Both the position numbers and the translations under genes were made by a program. Shown here one piece after another: positions 41,222-52,980 of a stretch of DNA of 64,000 nt. How positions within the stretch are numbered: the stretch's first letter is position 1; every line of letters starts with the position of its first letter. Origin of the DNA: Lingula anatina (lineage: Eukaryota; Animalia; Brachiopoda); the NCBI GenBank assembly GCA_051362555.1, contig CM120646.1:23312001-23376000 (forward strand), given 5' to 3'. The notes under the pieces are model-generated. The model saw only the letters and a list, made by a program, of their open reading frames with translations, was not told the DNA's origin and did not search any database.

Positions 41222-42164
41222 ACTGATTGATGTGGTTCTTTAACGGCTGTAATCTTCTCGGAGCTAAAAGATAATACTTCTGGTTTAAAGACAAGACGCA
41301 TTTTCCAGTCGTAAAATAGATCAATGTCATTATTTTACTTCATGAAAACCAACGCATCATTAAAAGAATTAAGGCAATGCGCTCAGGTTTTAATGCTTCT
41401 CTGATAATAATATTAAAATGAAGACCAAATATAAGCTCCAGCGAATAAAAAAGCATACGTAAATCATACCCCCCTATATTACACCTAATCTAAAGCAGTT
41501 AAATGCCCACAATATACGTATATAACTCACCGTACGGCTCCAGCTCTTGCTTCGTATTCTTCCAACAACGGTGATCTACACAGAAATAAATGAAATTCAA
41601 TCTTTTCTTTTTTGTCATGTAAGTGTTTCTATGTCATGAGGGTACTCTTAATTACCATAATAATGAGAGTATACTCGCACAGATGTTGTTTACAGAAATT
41701 AACAAGCAGTACAACATACTGTACATATAGCCTTATGTTTTCCCGTATTGCAAGACAAGGTATTGCAATACAGGTGTTGCAAACAATAAAAACATTCCCG
41801 TTCAGGCTGAAGAAAATAGATTTAAGTTTTCATAAAGGCTTTGTGATTTCTTATCCTACTACTAACATTTGGCTGCGGTTTTTATGTCCACGTAAGGCTG
41901 TACAGGTACCAGTATTTGTTTTTGTTTCATTTCGACGTAGGTTTGGTTTACTTATCTGTACTTATTATCCGGGTCCTTTTTAAAGACATCCACACTTTAT
42001 CAATTTCTTTATGTGATTTACTTGGTTAACTTTTGTTCGTCAATGTTAGAATTAACAAGGAGTTTTAAAATAAAATTGGTATTGAAAAATATTACTTATA
42101 TATTTATAATGTTATCAACAACAATATAAGCGGCTGTTTCTTCAGTATCCTACGTTTACTAATG

Positions 42165-42216
<52 letters not shown>

Positions 42217-43177
42217 AGCGAAATTTTATCCTGTAATAAAAGTATTAGGTCAACCGCAGTGTTACCAGTGACAGAGAGTCCCCCATGATAGAGAGTCCGC
42301 TTCCCATTCATCTGCACAGTTAAGTCTCGCCCCAGATATTGACCCACTTAGTTCAGGCTTACACTTACCATTATAACTAAATTGGGGGGAGGGGGTGTGT
42401 GTGTGACACGGACCCTCAGTTTAGTTACAACGACACTTTCAAATCAACTAGAGTTGGGTATATATAATTTTTATGTCTCCTCCATCCCAGTATACGACAA
42501 ACTTTCATAGTCCCATTCATAACAAGAAGGCATCAAAGAATATAGATCGTTCGAGAATTGGCCAAACAAGGCCGCTTTTATTAAATAACCCGACTATACT
42601 ATTTTAACAAAACTCCTCATTCTAAAAAATAAATATGTTTTATATTTTAGCAGAAGTTGTCTACAAACAATTTTGCACAAATTTCGTTAGTGGGGTTACA
42701 AAGAGAAGCTTGCATAGCTCAAACGAGCCGATACATTATTTCTTGGTAACAACGATACACGTACGAGGAAGCAAAACACCACTGTCTAGGAAAAGGTGAC
42801 TTTCAATTTAAGTTACCAAAAGGAGGTTGGGCGCCCAAGCGGAGAATACGTGGAGTTCATTTTGATGGGAAACCGGACCCCCCCTTCAAATAATCCTGGA
42901 TCCATCCCTGCTTAATGTCCATCAAGTCAAGACCAAATGAAATGCCGGCGGTAATGCAGGTCCTCTGGACTGGCAAGTTTTTTTTTTGTGAAAATAAAGG
43001 GCATAAAAATACATCACATGTAAAGACAGATCGATGGAAATTAATTACTTAGTTTGGACCAGAATTGGGAGGACCAGCACATTCTCTGTAGTGAGGGTCC
43101 TAGCATTTTCAGTATTTCCAAAGTTTCCCCAATGTCTGTTTTTATTAAAAATCGTAAAATGATTTAAGCTGAGTTAA

Positions 43178-43477
43178 AGGGATAATAACTCTTCGTATGA
43201 GATCTATATTTCACAATAAAAACATTGTGAATAACTCATAGAAATATAATATATTCTGTATTACCACAAAATGGCAGTTATAGCTATTATTCTGATATTT
43301 GAGCTTGTCTTTAGACCAGCTCAGAGATTAAAAAGAAAAAACAATATTTTTTAGAAAAAAAACAGGGACTTACTTTGAATGTAAAAATGGATTCATCAAC
43401 CATTGGTAAATATGGGAAAATTGTTGTTTACTCCAGAAGAATTTATTTTTTGGCCGAAACGAAGAATTATTATCCCT
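43178..43477. mobile_element. TTAA-specific MITE (duplicate of 24289-24588)
   Basis: Same inverted termini and TTAA flanks. Confidence 0.8.
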
Positions 43478-43607
43478 TTAACTTAGAAAAATTTATTTGA
43501 TATTTGCAGTAAAACAAAATACGCATATTGTGCTCTGCTTACATCCGTTCTTTATTATTATTTAATTAGGGACATCGTCACCTGGGTAGTATTAAGGTAA
43601 CATGGCA

Positions 43608-44180
43608 TTATAAGATTTTACCGTATAAATCTACGCTTTTGAAATTGTTACCTTTCACCCAGTACAAATTATTTGAAATCATTTCAATTTTGCTTAAAGC
43701 ACCGTTGCCGTCGGTATCAATTTCAGAAAAAATATTCGAATAAAATGGAGCACGGAAAATCTTGAGAAAATTGGCAAACTCCGTCTTGTTCAGAGAGTTA
43801 TTTTCATCTGCATCTACCGCCTCAAAGAACGTGAGAATCCATTTGACTGCAATAACCATGTGATCATTATCTTCCATTTTCTTTCTTGTTTCAGTCTCGG
43901 TTGAGATAAAGTCGTCTGCTGAAATGCTTTCTAAATTTGTGTCGTTCATAAAGCTCCCCCACCACTTAACCCATATGTACTGCAAGAACGCTTTGATTTT
44001 TTTCTCCTTTTCAGTAGACTATGTTATTGCTCCTACTCTCCCTGCCGTCATATTCACAACTTCGTTTTTCTCCATCTTCCCATCACCGTTTACGTCTAAA
44101 CGTTCAATGTGTGCTCTCCATTTGACTGCCCATATGTCACGTGGCCTACCGACATCGCCAGCCACCTAAACAAAACAAAA

Positions 44181-44260
<80 letters not shown>

Positions 44261-44903
44261 TCAGCTAACTGTTCATCATATGGTTTGTGATTGGTTTACC
44301 AGATTAAATAACATATTGAACTAGACTATACACATCAAGCACCTTTTGCATTGCGTGGAGAGATATTCCACTCTAATATATTATATTTTCAAAAACGTTT
44401 GTAATAACCGTTTAGATGCATTTTTTGCATGCCATAATGCAGGGGCGGATCCAGGATTATTTGAAGGCGGGGTCCTGAACACCCATCATCTGATGCGTAG
44501 CCGACCATCGCCCACTTGGCGTGTGTTCGGGCCTGCCCCGAAAATTTTTTTTGTGTGTGTGTTTTGGAGGGCAAACGGTGATGATTTTGTACGGTTTAGA
44601 ACTATGATTCAGCTGGTTAAAATTCTGATTTCAAAAGGGAATATAGGTGTGATAAAATTTCAGATACCGAGGGGTGGGTCAGGACCCCTCCTGACCCCCC
44701 CCCCCTCTAAATTTGCCACTGTAATGTGTGCATGTACCACAAATGCACATATCAGCTTTATCAAACAAACGCAATCCCTATAAAGCCGCTGTAATTCGCT
44801 GTATATATTATTATTATGTATAACCAGTGTGGAAGCACTGTCACTCATCAGCATGACAGTCAGTCCGGTTGTCAAATGAAGAACAATAGAAAATGAAGAA
44901 CAT
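43608..44903 (-). pseudogene. EF5b pseudogene
   Basis: AAG>TAG at 44021-44019; signal-exon donor destroyed near 44805 (TATACC to TATATA on +); net 13-bp frameshifting insertion just after the ATG (44903); the segment matching 26920-28125, which carries the promoter, is missing. Confidence 0.92.
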
Positions 44904-46139
44904 TGTTGCTAGTTCCGGTCCTTTTGCGGTGATAATCTTCTCAGATCTAAAAAAAAAAACGACATAAAAACAAACATCGTTTACCAAAGTCTCGCGTGCG
45001 ACGGGTGGCAAATATTATTAGTTTTCCTAGTTATAGATGCAAAACACTGTGCAATATTCTTGTCTAGTACTTATACTTGCCAGACAGGTGGACAGAGGTA
45101 GATATACAAAGCAAAGTTAAAGAAACTGTACATAGAAGTCGGAAAGGTAAATTAATACCGAAGAATTACAAACAACACAAAGCAGAGGATATGACAAACT
45201 CATTTTACTTGACAATGTGGTTGGAATGTTAAGTGTTCTCAAACTACACAGGTATTCCAGACATTTCTGTCACTCAGTTAAATACACTGTTAATCCACGA
45301 TCATTTGAGTTTGAAGTATCAATATGGTAGTTACGCTTCTTGTCGTTGGGATATAAATTTAAAAGATTTAGGGTAATTATTGATCACAATAAGCACGCTT
45401 ATTTAATTCATCATCCACCGTTCTTATATAAATCAAAAACTTGCTTCAATAATTCTGTATTCTGTATGGTGCGTTGTAAAAGAAAAAATCGAATTGAATG
45501 CGTGATTAAAAAAAAAACATCATTGTTAAGTAAGCCACTGCAGATATAGCCGACAGAAATGTGCCTGGAGCCAGCAATGCAATATACACAACCAAAAAAT
45601 CACCCGCACTGAATAGCAAATGAAATGAAAATTAGAAATTTACACTGAATCCAAAACAAAGAAAAATGGGATTGAATGAAACATTTTTAGCTTGTCAGTA
45701 TGTCCCCGTCATATTGCTTCTATTCTGTTTAACGTACCACGCTGTGACTGCTTTAAACTACTCCATGAGGTTGCCATATATACATGTATGTGTATATCAT
45801 TTTCCGATTGGCATATTTTAGGGTAGAATACATTAAAATGATATGTGAAAAGAGTAAACATGCCCATGCAAACAAGCACAGATGTCGACTTTCATTATGC
45901 TCCTATTTGGCCAATTCAGTGTGCATCAAAATGTGTCAGTTGCGATGTGAGTTAAGATGTTGGAATTCATTTTGACATTAAACCATTGTATGTTGGCTTT
46001 AAACAGAGACTGTATATTTTCTCCCAATTTCAGTTACAGAAGGCAAAATTTACGATAGGTTTTTTTTTAATCAAGAAACTTCTTACATATGGTTTGCGAG
46101 TGGTTTACCCGTTCATATCATATATTCATCAAGGCTACA

Positions 46140-46230
46140 CATCACACAAGTAACCTATTGTCAATAGAGTGGCGAACATTATGGCTGGGTCCGGTCCTTT
46201 TACGGTTATAATCTTGTCAGATCTGAAAAG
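46140..46230 (-). pseudogene. Relic signal-peptide exon of a further EF-hand gene
   Basis: TTTCAG|ATCTGACAAGATTATAACCGTAAAAGGACCGGACCCAGCCATAATG (ATG at 46179) matches the EF1/EF5 exon, then diverges after MFATLLTIG. No EF exon follows. Confidence 0.65.
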
Positions 46231-47040
46231 ATCTGAATGAAAACCGACAGGAAAGCAAGAAGTGTTAAACAAAGTCTCGCTTGGCATGGTTTCAGGGAGT
46301 TAGGCTGACGCATGATGTTTTTAATCCTATTCCCTCCATGCTATATGTATGTATCTGCTTTAATGGTATCTACTACTTTACGATATGATATGATGCATTT
46401 TATATTTTTAAATACATTTGAAATAATTTTTAAAATGTAAATTATACATAATGCCATGATAAAGATATGAAAAACAATATCTAGAATGATCACGTGTCCA
46501 GCGTCAAAAAGTAAAAAAATATATTAAAACAAGATTAAGTACATATAGGCCTATTAAATTCTATTGTATAAAATATGGAAGGAGCTAACTCTAAACTTGT
46601 AAGTCTATCAAATAAAAACTTCCTAACTAAATTTTGGCTGATATTTGTTTATAACATTTTTGCATGGTTAGGAAGCGCATTCCAAAGTACAATGCTTGGG
46701 TTTTTAAAGGACATCTTTTCGAAAGATTTTTCCAGTGGGTAATCGAACTAAAACACCACTAAGTAATTTGGTAAAGACAAGCTCCATTGAAATTTAAATA
46801 TATGTATATAAAAAACAGTGTATTAGTGATTATCACTTCATTATCCTACATTCCTTATGTCTACTTCTCCTCCTCCTTCTTCTTCTAATTGTTTCAGTAT
46901 ATAAGCGTATCTCAACCGCAGTGTCACCGGGACACCTAATGCAATCTCGAAGTGTGTAGTAATCATATTACACCTTAAAGATTTGAAACAATGCGGACGC
47001 ATTTTTCTCAAAAACAGAGCTAGGAGCATGGCATATCAAA

Positions 47041-47403
47041 ACTAGAAAAGCACTCCGAGAGCGCAGACCTCCGCCAAGGCAGATTATTATTAATTTTTTA
47101 TTGATTATTGATCCGCCAAAAACTAATCACTTCTAAGTTAATCCGTTTCCGACATACCATGAAAATTTCATCAAAATCTACCCAATTTATTTAGTTATGT
47201 TGATGATTGATTTTTTATTATTAATTATTGATTGATTATTGATCACCACAAAAAACAAATCACTTATAGGTTAACCCCTTTTTGACCAACCCTGAAAATT
47301 TCATCAAAATCGGTCTATAACTTTTTGAGTCACTTGATGACAAACAAACAAACATGCAGACAGACAAACAGGGGTGAAAACATAACCTCCTTGGCGGAGG
47401 TAA
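47041..47403. mobile_element. Non-autonomous Helentron-associated (HINE/pearl-like) element
   Basis: ACCTCCGCCAAGG near one end and CCTTGGCGGAGGT at the other, terminal hairpin AACCTCCTTGGCGGAGGT, ACAA/ACAG microsatellite and an internal tandem duplication (AAATTTCATCAAAAT twice). Confidence 0.7.
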
Positions 47404-48521
47404 CAACATTGTCAATAAAAGGTGATTTTCACTTAACCGCTACTACGGCATTTCAGTCTCCAACCATTGATTAACAACATGTGCATTATAAATATATATA
47501 TATATAGGTTAATTCACAAATAATACCAATATGGACGGAGGGAAGGGGGTCCATCTACCTAACATTTATAAGAGGGTCACGGATGCTGTACCACCTAGCA
47601 GTACGTGAATTACAACATCTACTCACATCAGTGTGTTGAAGGCCTAAGTCCAGGTTGGCAAAAAAAGCTTCAAGTACAAAAGTATGAGGTCTTTATTGAA
47701 CACATGGCAACTACTTTTTTATATTTTCTTCTGTATTTGACCATTATTGACGGCACGCAGATCAAATTCATCATTTGCGTAAATCTGCTGGAAAATAATA
47801 TTACTTTTTTATTTAATATCATATATGCAAGACAAATGGCGCAGTATTTCACGTCTAAGTGTACACGTTGCTCGCTACCAAGCCAACAAGTAAATTGTTT
47901 CACATTTACCATTATTCAGGAAATGAGAATTGCTCTATTGAACCCTGGCTGGTAATCATCTACATGTATTGCATAGAAGGGCAATCGACCCTGTAACTGT
48001 CTGAACTCGGTGATAAACACTACTGATGTCATGGCCACGTACAACGTGAGAAAACATGAGACAAGTGCCAGATGTGATTACACTTGGACCGGTAATATGC
48101 GGATACTGTATTAAACTTGTCGCTTACGTCGTGACTTTAGGGTTATCAGAGGACAGTAGATGCGCAGTGTTATTAGGCTAACTATCCCAAGTGCCAAGAC
48201 AGCTAGTTTTAAGGGAGTGAGAGAGGGGTTGCAATTACGTTGTACTCCTATCCGTTTTATCTGTTCCTGTATTCATAGCTACTTGATCATGAAATGTAAC
48301 ATTTGGCGTTTGAATTGGTGACTGATTGTCTCATCTGCCAGCGTGAATCTCAGTGGCCACCACACGACAGTGGTACCTAATTTCATTATATTGGCTAACA
48401 CGACTGATATGCTTTGGTTAAGTACCAGCAGTGGCGGATTAAGGGTGGGGGTCAGGCGGGTCCAATGGGTCCAATCATACCAATGGCGGGTCCAATCATA
48501 CCAATGGTCCCCAATGGTCCC

Positions 48522-48558
<37 letters not shown>

Positions 48559-48799
48559 GACGGAGGAGGAGAGCGACTTGTTGTTGGTGTTGTCCTTGTG
48601 CTGAGTGACTGAGAGATAAAGTCGTTAGCGAAATGTCATGTTCTCACAGTGACCTCCAGTATCAGAAATGAGTCAGCAGACTTTGGCATAACAGGTCAAA
48701 AGAGGTCGCTGGTAGCGTATATCTTAAAACCCACGGTGTACCCCTACAGCGCCATACTTGCACCTTGCATTGGGCGGTAGAAGCAGAGTTTTAGACACC

Positions 48800-49403
48800 A
48801 TGCTGTTTGCCTTAGCGATTATTTCGATCTGCACGTCTGCTGCTTTGGCAGGTAAGTGGAGAGATTTTGAGTCGATTTTACGTCCATTTAAATTAATTTC
48901 ATTTTCAAATTGGTATCAAATACTGACATGTGACTCGTCGTAAATAACATATCGCAGGTTGGTGTCAGGTTCTCTTCTGATTTTACTTGTTTTTTTGGGA
49001 TGGACACATCAAAAGCAATAAGTAATGACTAGTTCCATGTTTTGACAAAATGTCGATGGCATTAAGTATGCCCTATAGGTCTAAACAATATGTAGCTTAT
49101 GTTAAACTTACGAATAACTTGTTTTTAATTTAGGATTGTACCAACAAAATATTTCATTACTGGAAAAACTTCAATTTATGTAAACTGATGGTTTTACGTT
49201 GAAGCTGCATTGCATGCAGTGGCCACTAAGATACGTGATGTACAGTTCATATAAATTGAAATTATTAAGCAGAATAGGTGCACATATGTTTACATTTGAT
49301 TGTTTTTTCATCCCCAAAGCGCATATATGCCTACACATAGCACTCCTTAACGAAATTTATCAACACATACATCTTAGAAACCTACATAGTCTGTTAAAAT
49401 TCA

Positions 49404-49469
<66 letters not shown>

Positions 49470-51130
49470 TTATATATAATGGGATTGATAACAAATTTAA
49501 GCATAAAATTACTGAAATAAGTGTGAATGTACCATGAACCGATTTCAAGTTCTAAAACATAATGCAATCACAACCGATCTCCTACTTGAAGGGGTCAATT
49601 GATACCATGTTTATTAAAATCTTCCTTGCAAATTGTCACCTGTTGATGGACTAGCATTTCTCTTTTTATTTTTATTTTTTAAATTTCACTTTTTTTCACC
49701 TAGACAGCGCGTGCCATAGTTACAAAGCTGGCTCCACCTGTCAGACCGACAGCCTGTACTGTAGCGGAAGTTACGTCAGTGGAAAGTGTTTGGGGGCTAC
49801 CAACAGGAGGTGCTGCGTGCCCGGATCTGGTATGTAATACTAAAGATACTGATAGACAGATGTTTTTAACATACGGAACGTTATTGTTACGCGCGTCTTG
49901 TCATAAATAGTTCCATTATGTTAATCTTGGAATTATCTCAATAATTTTTATTTACTTCTTCATTTATCAGTTATACCTACATAAAATCACTGTAATTATT
50001 ATCAATGTTTCTTTATTTATCAGTTAGCTGTTTATAATCACTGTAATCACTATTAATATTATTATTCGATTTGTTATGAACTTCCTAGGTGACAGTGCCT
50101 GCACCAGCCAGGGGGGCACCTGCAAGTACGACTCCAACTCGTGCAGTGGTTCTTATAAGTCCGGGCTGTGTGCCGGACCAACCGCCAGACGCTGTTGCGT
50201 TTCTTCATCTTCTTCTGGTAAATTTTAGCTACCAGTCATTTTATTCTTTAGTTGTTATGTAAAGCCTCCTTTACACTGGACGGCATCCTTTCTGCGTCCA
50301 GCAGTACGGCCCCATTTTAGAGTTAAAAAATTATAATACTTTACGTGCCGACAACTGGTCGATCACTGAACATTCATTCTGATACCAAATCAGTACTCGT
50401 GCCTCCTTATTAAGACCACAGCGATGCCAATTTTATGGTCGCAGAAAGGACGCAGAAAGGACGCTGTCCAGTGTAAAGGGGGTATAAGTAAGGAACGATT
50501 TCTGCTCTGAGAAATGTAAGAGGTGGTAAAGTAGGAATATGGGATATAACTGAGTTGTATAAAAAGACGATATGAAAAGTGCCAATTACTTCACTCACTT
50601 ATATAATCTGTTTTACATCCCCGCCATCCTGTGTATTTGGACATCACTTTTATTGCCTACTTATTGAACTTTTACTTGTTTGACTATGATGTTTTCTACA
50701 TAAACTTCAAAACTGTGCGGCACCGATGTATTCCCATTTTAAACTGAACATCTTGCCGTTGTTGACAGGAAGCGGAAGTGGCTGGGTTGACTACAGAGGA
50801 TACACTGTGTCAGATGCTGATGTCAGAAGCAAGCTTCAGAAAATTGCCAACTTGTACGGAAAAAGAGTCTGGGTGACCAGCGGCGATCGCCCAAATCAAT
50901 CCAATACTGGATCTCATGTAAGTTACAGCATTGTCATCTCACACCGACATAATGTTCAATATCAGCTGAACGGGATGTTATGAGCAAACGAGCATGCAAT
51001 GATTGATATTTGCTGCATACAGTATGATCAATTCTATTAGCTGTGATAATCATCTAATTACCTTAGTAATTTTGATTTATATTGTTGTCGTTTGCACTAA
51101 ATAACATTTGACGATTATTTTTTATCCAGT

Positions 51131-51177
<47 letters not shown>

Positions 51178-51428
51178 TCATGCTTCAGCATTATGTTAGA
51201 CGAGCTGCCGACTTCTGGATCGACGGAGAGAGTTCTGGCCAGGCCATCTGGAGCAGGCTGAAGTCAAGCGGCATTCTGGCCAGAGACTACCAGGTGATCT
51301 GGCACGGCTCCCGCACCTGTACTGGAGGAGAACACATCCACATAGGTCGCTATGGGGACAACAGGAGCACGTGCTGGGTCATAGAGGGTACCTCGTCCAG
51401 CAACTATTGCAAGTACCATTGTCAGTGA
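48800..51428 (+). CDS. Secreted protein: two beta-defensin-like Cys modules + M15-type zinc peptidase domain (231 aa), gene DM1
   Basis: Exons 48800-48851, 49704-49829, 50089-50217, 50769-50917, 51189-51428; all GT-AG, phases 1,1,1,0; 696 nt open. Signal MLFALAIISICTSAALA; modules C-x8/x6-C-x6-C-x8-C-x7-CC; Ser/Gly linker; VTSGDR, SHHYVRRAAD (H-x6-D), EHIHI (H-x-H). AATAAA at 51525-51530. Confidence 0.9.
50263..50484. mobile_element. Harbinger-like MITE in DM1 intron 3
   Basis: CCTTTACACTGGAC / GTCCAGTGTAAAGG inverted termini with TAA flanks. Confidence 0.7.
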
Positions 51429-51613
51429 TGCCCATGTACAGCGATGGCCAAGTTGTCAAAGAGGCGATGGTGCGATGCTGATGGATTTTGAATGGCCAAT
51501 ATTGTGAATTCAATGATATTGGAAAATAAAAAGAATGTAATGAAGATGATTTTATTTTCGTTCTTGCCCAATTTATTTATTTTTTGAGGTTTGCTTGGTT
51601 ATATTTTGTTTAG

Positions 51614-51656
<43 letters not shown>

Positions 51657-52980
51657 TGATTTGGTATGTTTTTCAATTTTTAAATATGATTACATATTGT
51701 TTGGTTATAAAATTGTATCTAAATATGATGGACACTGTCGCGTATTCCTGTATTTCAGAGATGATCATGACCTCCATGCCATGAAGAGAATTGTTGAAGT
51801 AGACAATCTTTATGACTAGCTTATAAAAAAATAAAATCAAAATGAAAAATAAAAACGATACGAACAGATGAGTTCGCCAACATCATTGAAGAACTGTATT
51901 CTTCTCAACTTTTTTTGAGGGGTAGGGGGTGAATTAAATATCGTACCATTTATATTATTAGCAAATTGTCATTATTGCATAAGGGTCGTGGTCATAATAT
52001 TGAATTCGAGTCACGGTCAGGGTCGGGCCACGACACTTTTTTCAACAGAAAATCCATATACACAGTGACAATTTGCAATGGTGGTTATAATATTCTAGCA
52101 GCAGTCGTAGACCTACAAACAGTACACATACAAACGGACATATCATACACAGGTGTGGGTGTGGTCTCCATCATAATAACACAATCACTCCTAACACAAC
52201 CAGAGAGCTGTTTTCACATCATATGCCCATGCACAAGGAGGCAAGAAAGGAAATGACACAGAGACAGGGTTTCATAAGACTGCTGTAACAGGACTTAACC
52301 GCTTTAAATACATTTAAGCGTCCTATGTAATATAAGGTGTAAGTCCAAGAAGTCCGTGTGGCCTCGATGAAGAGCGTATATCAGAGAGATGTACGTGACT
52401 CATGATAGGTACTAGGTATATCGAGATATTTGACAATAGACGGAGCATTAATTTCGATATATTCAAAGTAAAACTAATATAACAGGCGGATGAGGTGTCT
52501 GATTTAACTTTTAATAGTAAACCATTTTGATGACAACGAATGATAGATAAAACATGCGGTCAGTTAAAACTGGGAACAAACTGTGACAAGGTGGAATGAA
52601 AAGATGCTGGTGATGTCTTCATAATGAAAACATTTCAATTACGCCAGAATAGATTAATAACATGTTTTCCATTGTCAAGGTCAGTCAATAAATGGTTTGA
52701 TGTTTTATATAGTTGATTCCAAAAATAAGCTGAAAGTTTGGAATACCCGTTCAAGAGATCAAATACTTGCCAGCATACAAATAAAAAGCAAACAAAACAC
52801 GTTTAATAATGTAGAAGACAACAAGCATCAATGTGAAATTCGCTGCATTCTTTTTATTTCTGAATATAATCACACATATCCTTAAGTTGGTATTGAAAAA
52901 TGCCGAAAATTATACCAAAACGTTCCTTTTTGTTATTGTCATCTGACTTGACTGAGAGCTGACGTCTCTGATGTCTGGTA

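Larger units (their letters stand above)
29650..45820 (+). repeat. Copy B of near-identical tandem segmental duplication
   Basis: Colinear with 7876-26920, differing by SNPs, small indels and lack of the Ginger-like insertion. Confidence 0.95.

Noticed and set aside
1450-44324. Antisense ORFs over the EF exons (e.g. 1450-1695, 9541-9801, 15114-15440, 18614-18955)
   Set aside because: Shadow frames of the real coding strand; they recur only because the genes are paralogous.
50769-51428. A true hedgehog gene (SHHYVRRAAD resembles SLHYEGRAVD)
   Set aside because: No CGPG N-terminus, no Hint/Hog domain, SGDR instead of TEGWD, different exon structure; only the fold is likely shared.
7222-51819. 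Low-complexity ORFs with YIYIYI, poly-Y, poly-L or SLSLS runs
   Set aside because: Translations of microsatellites.
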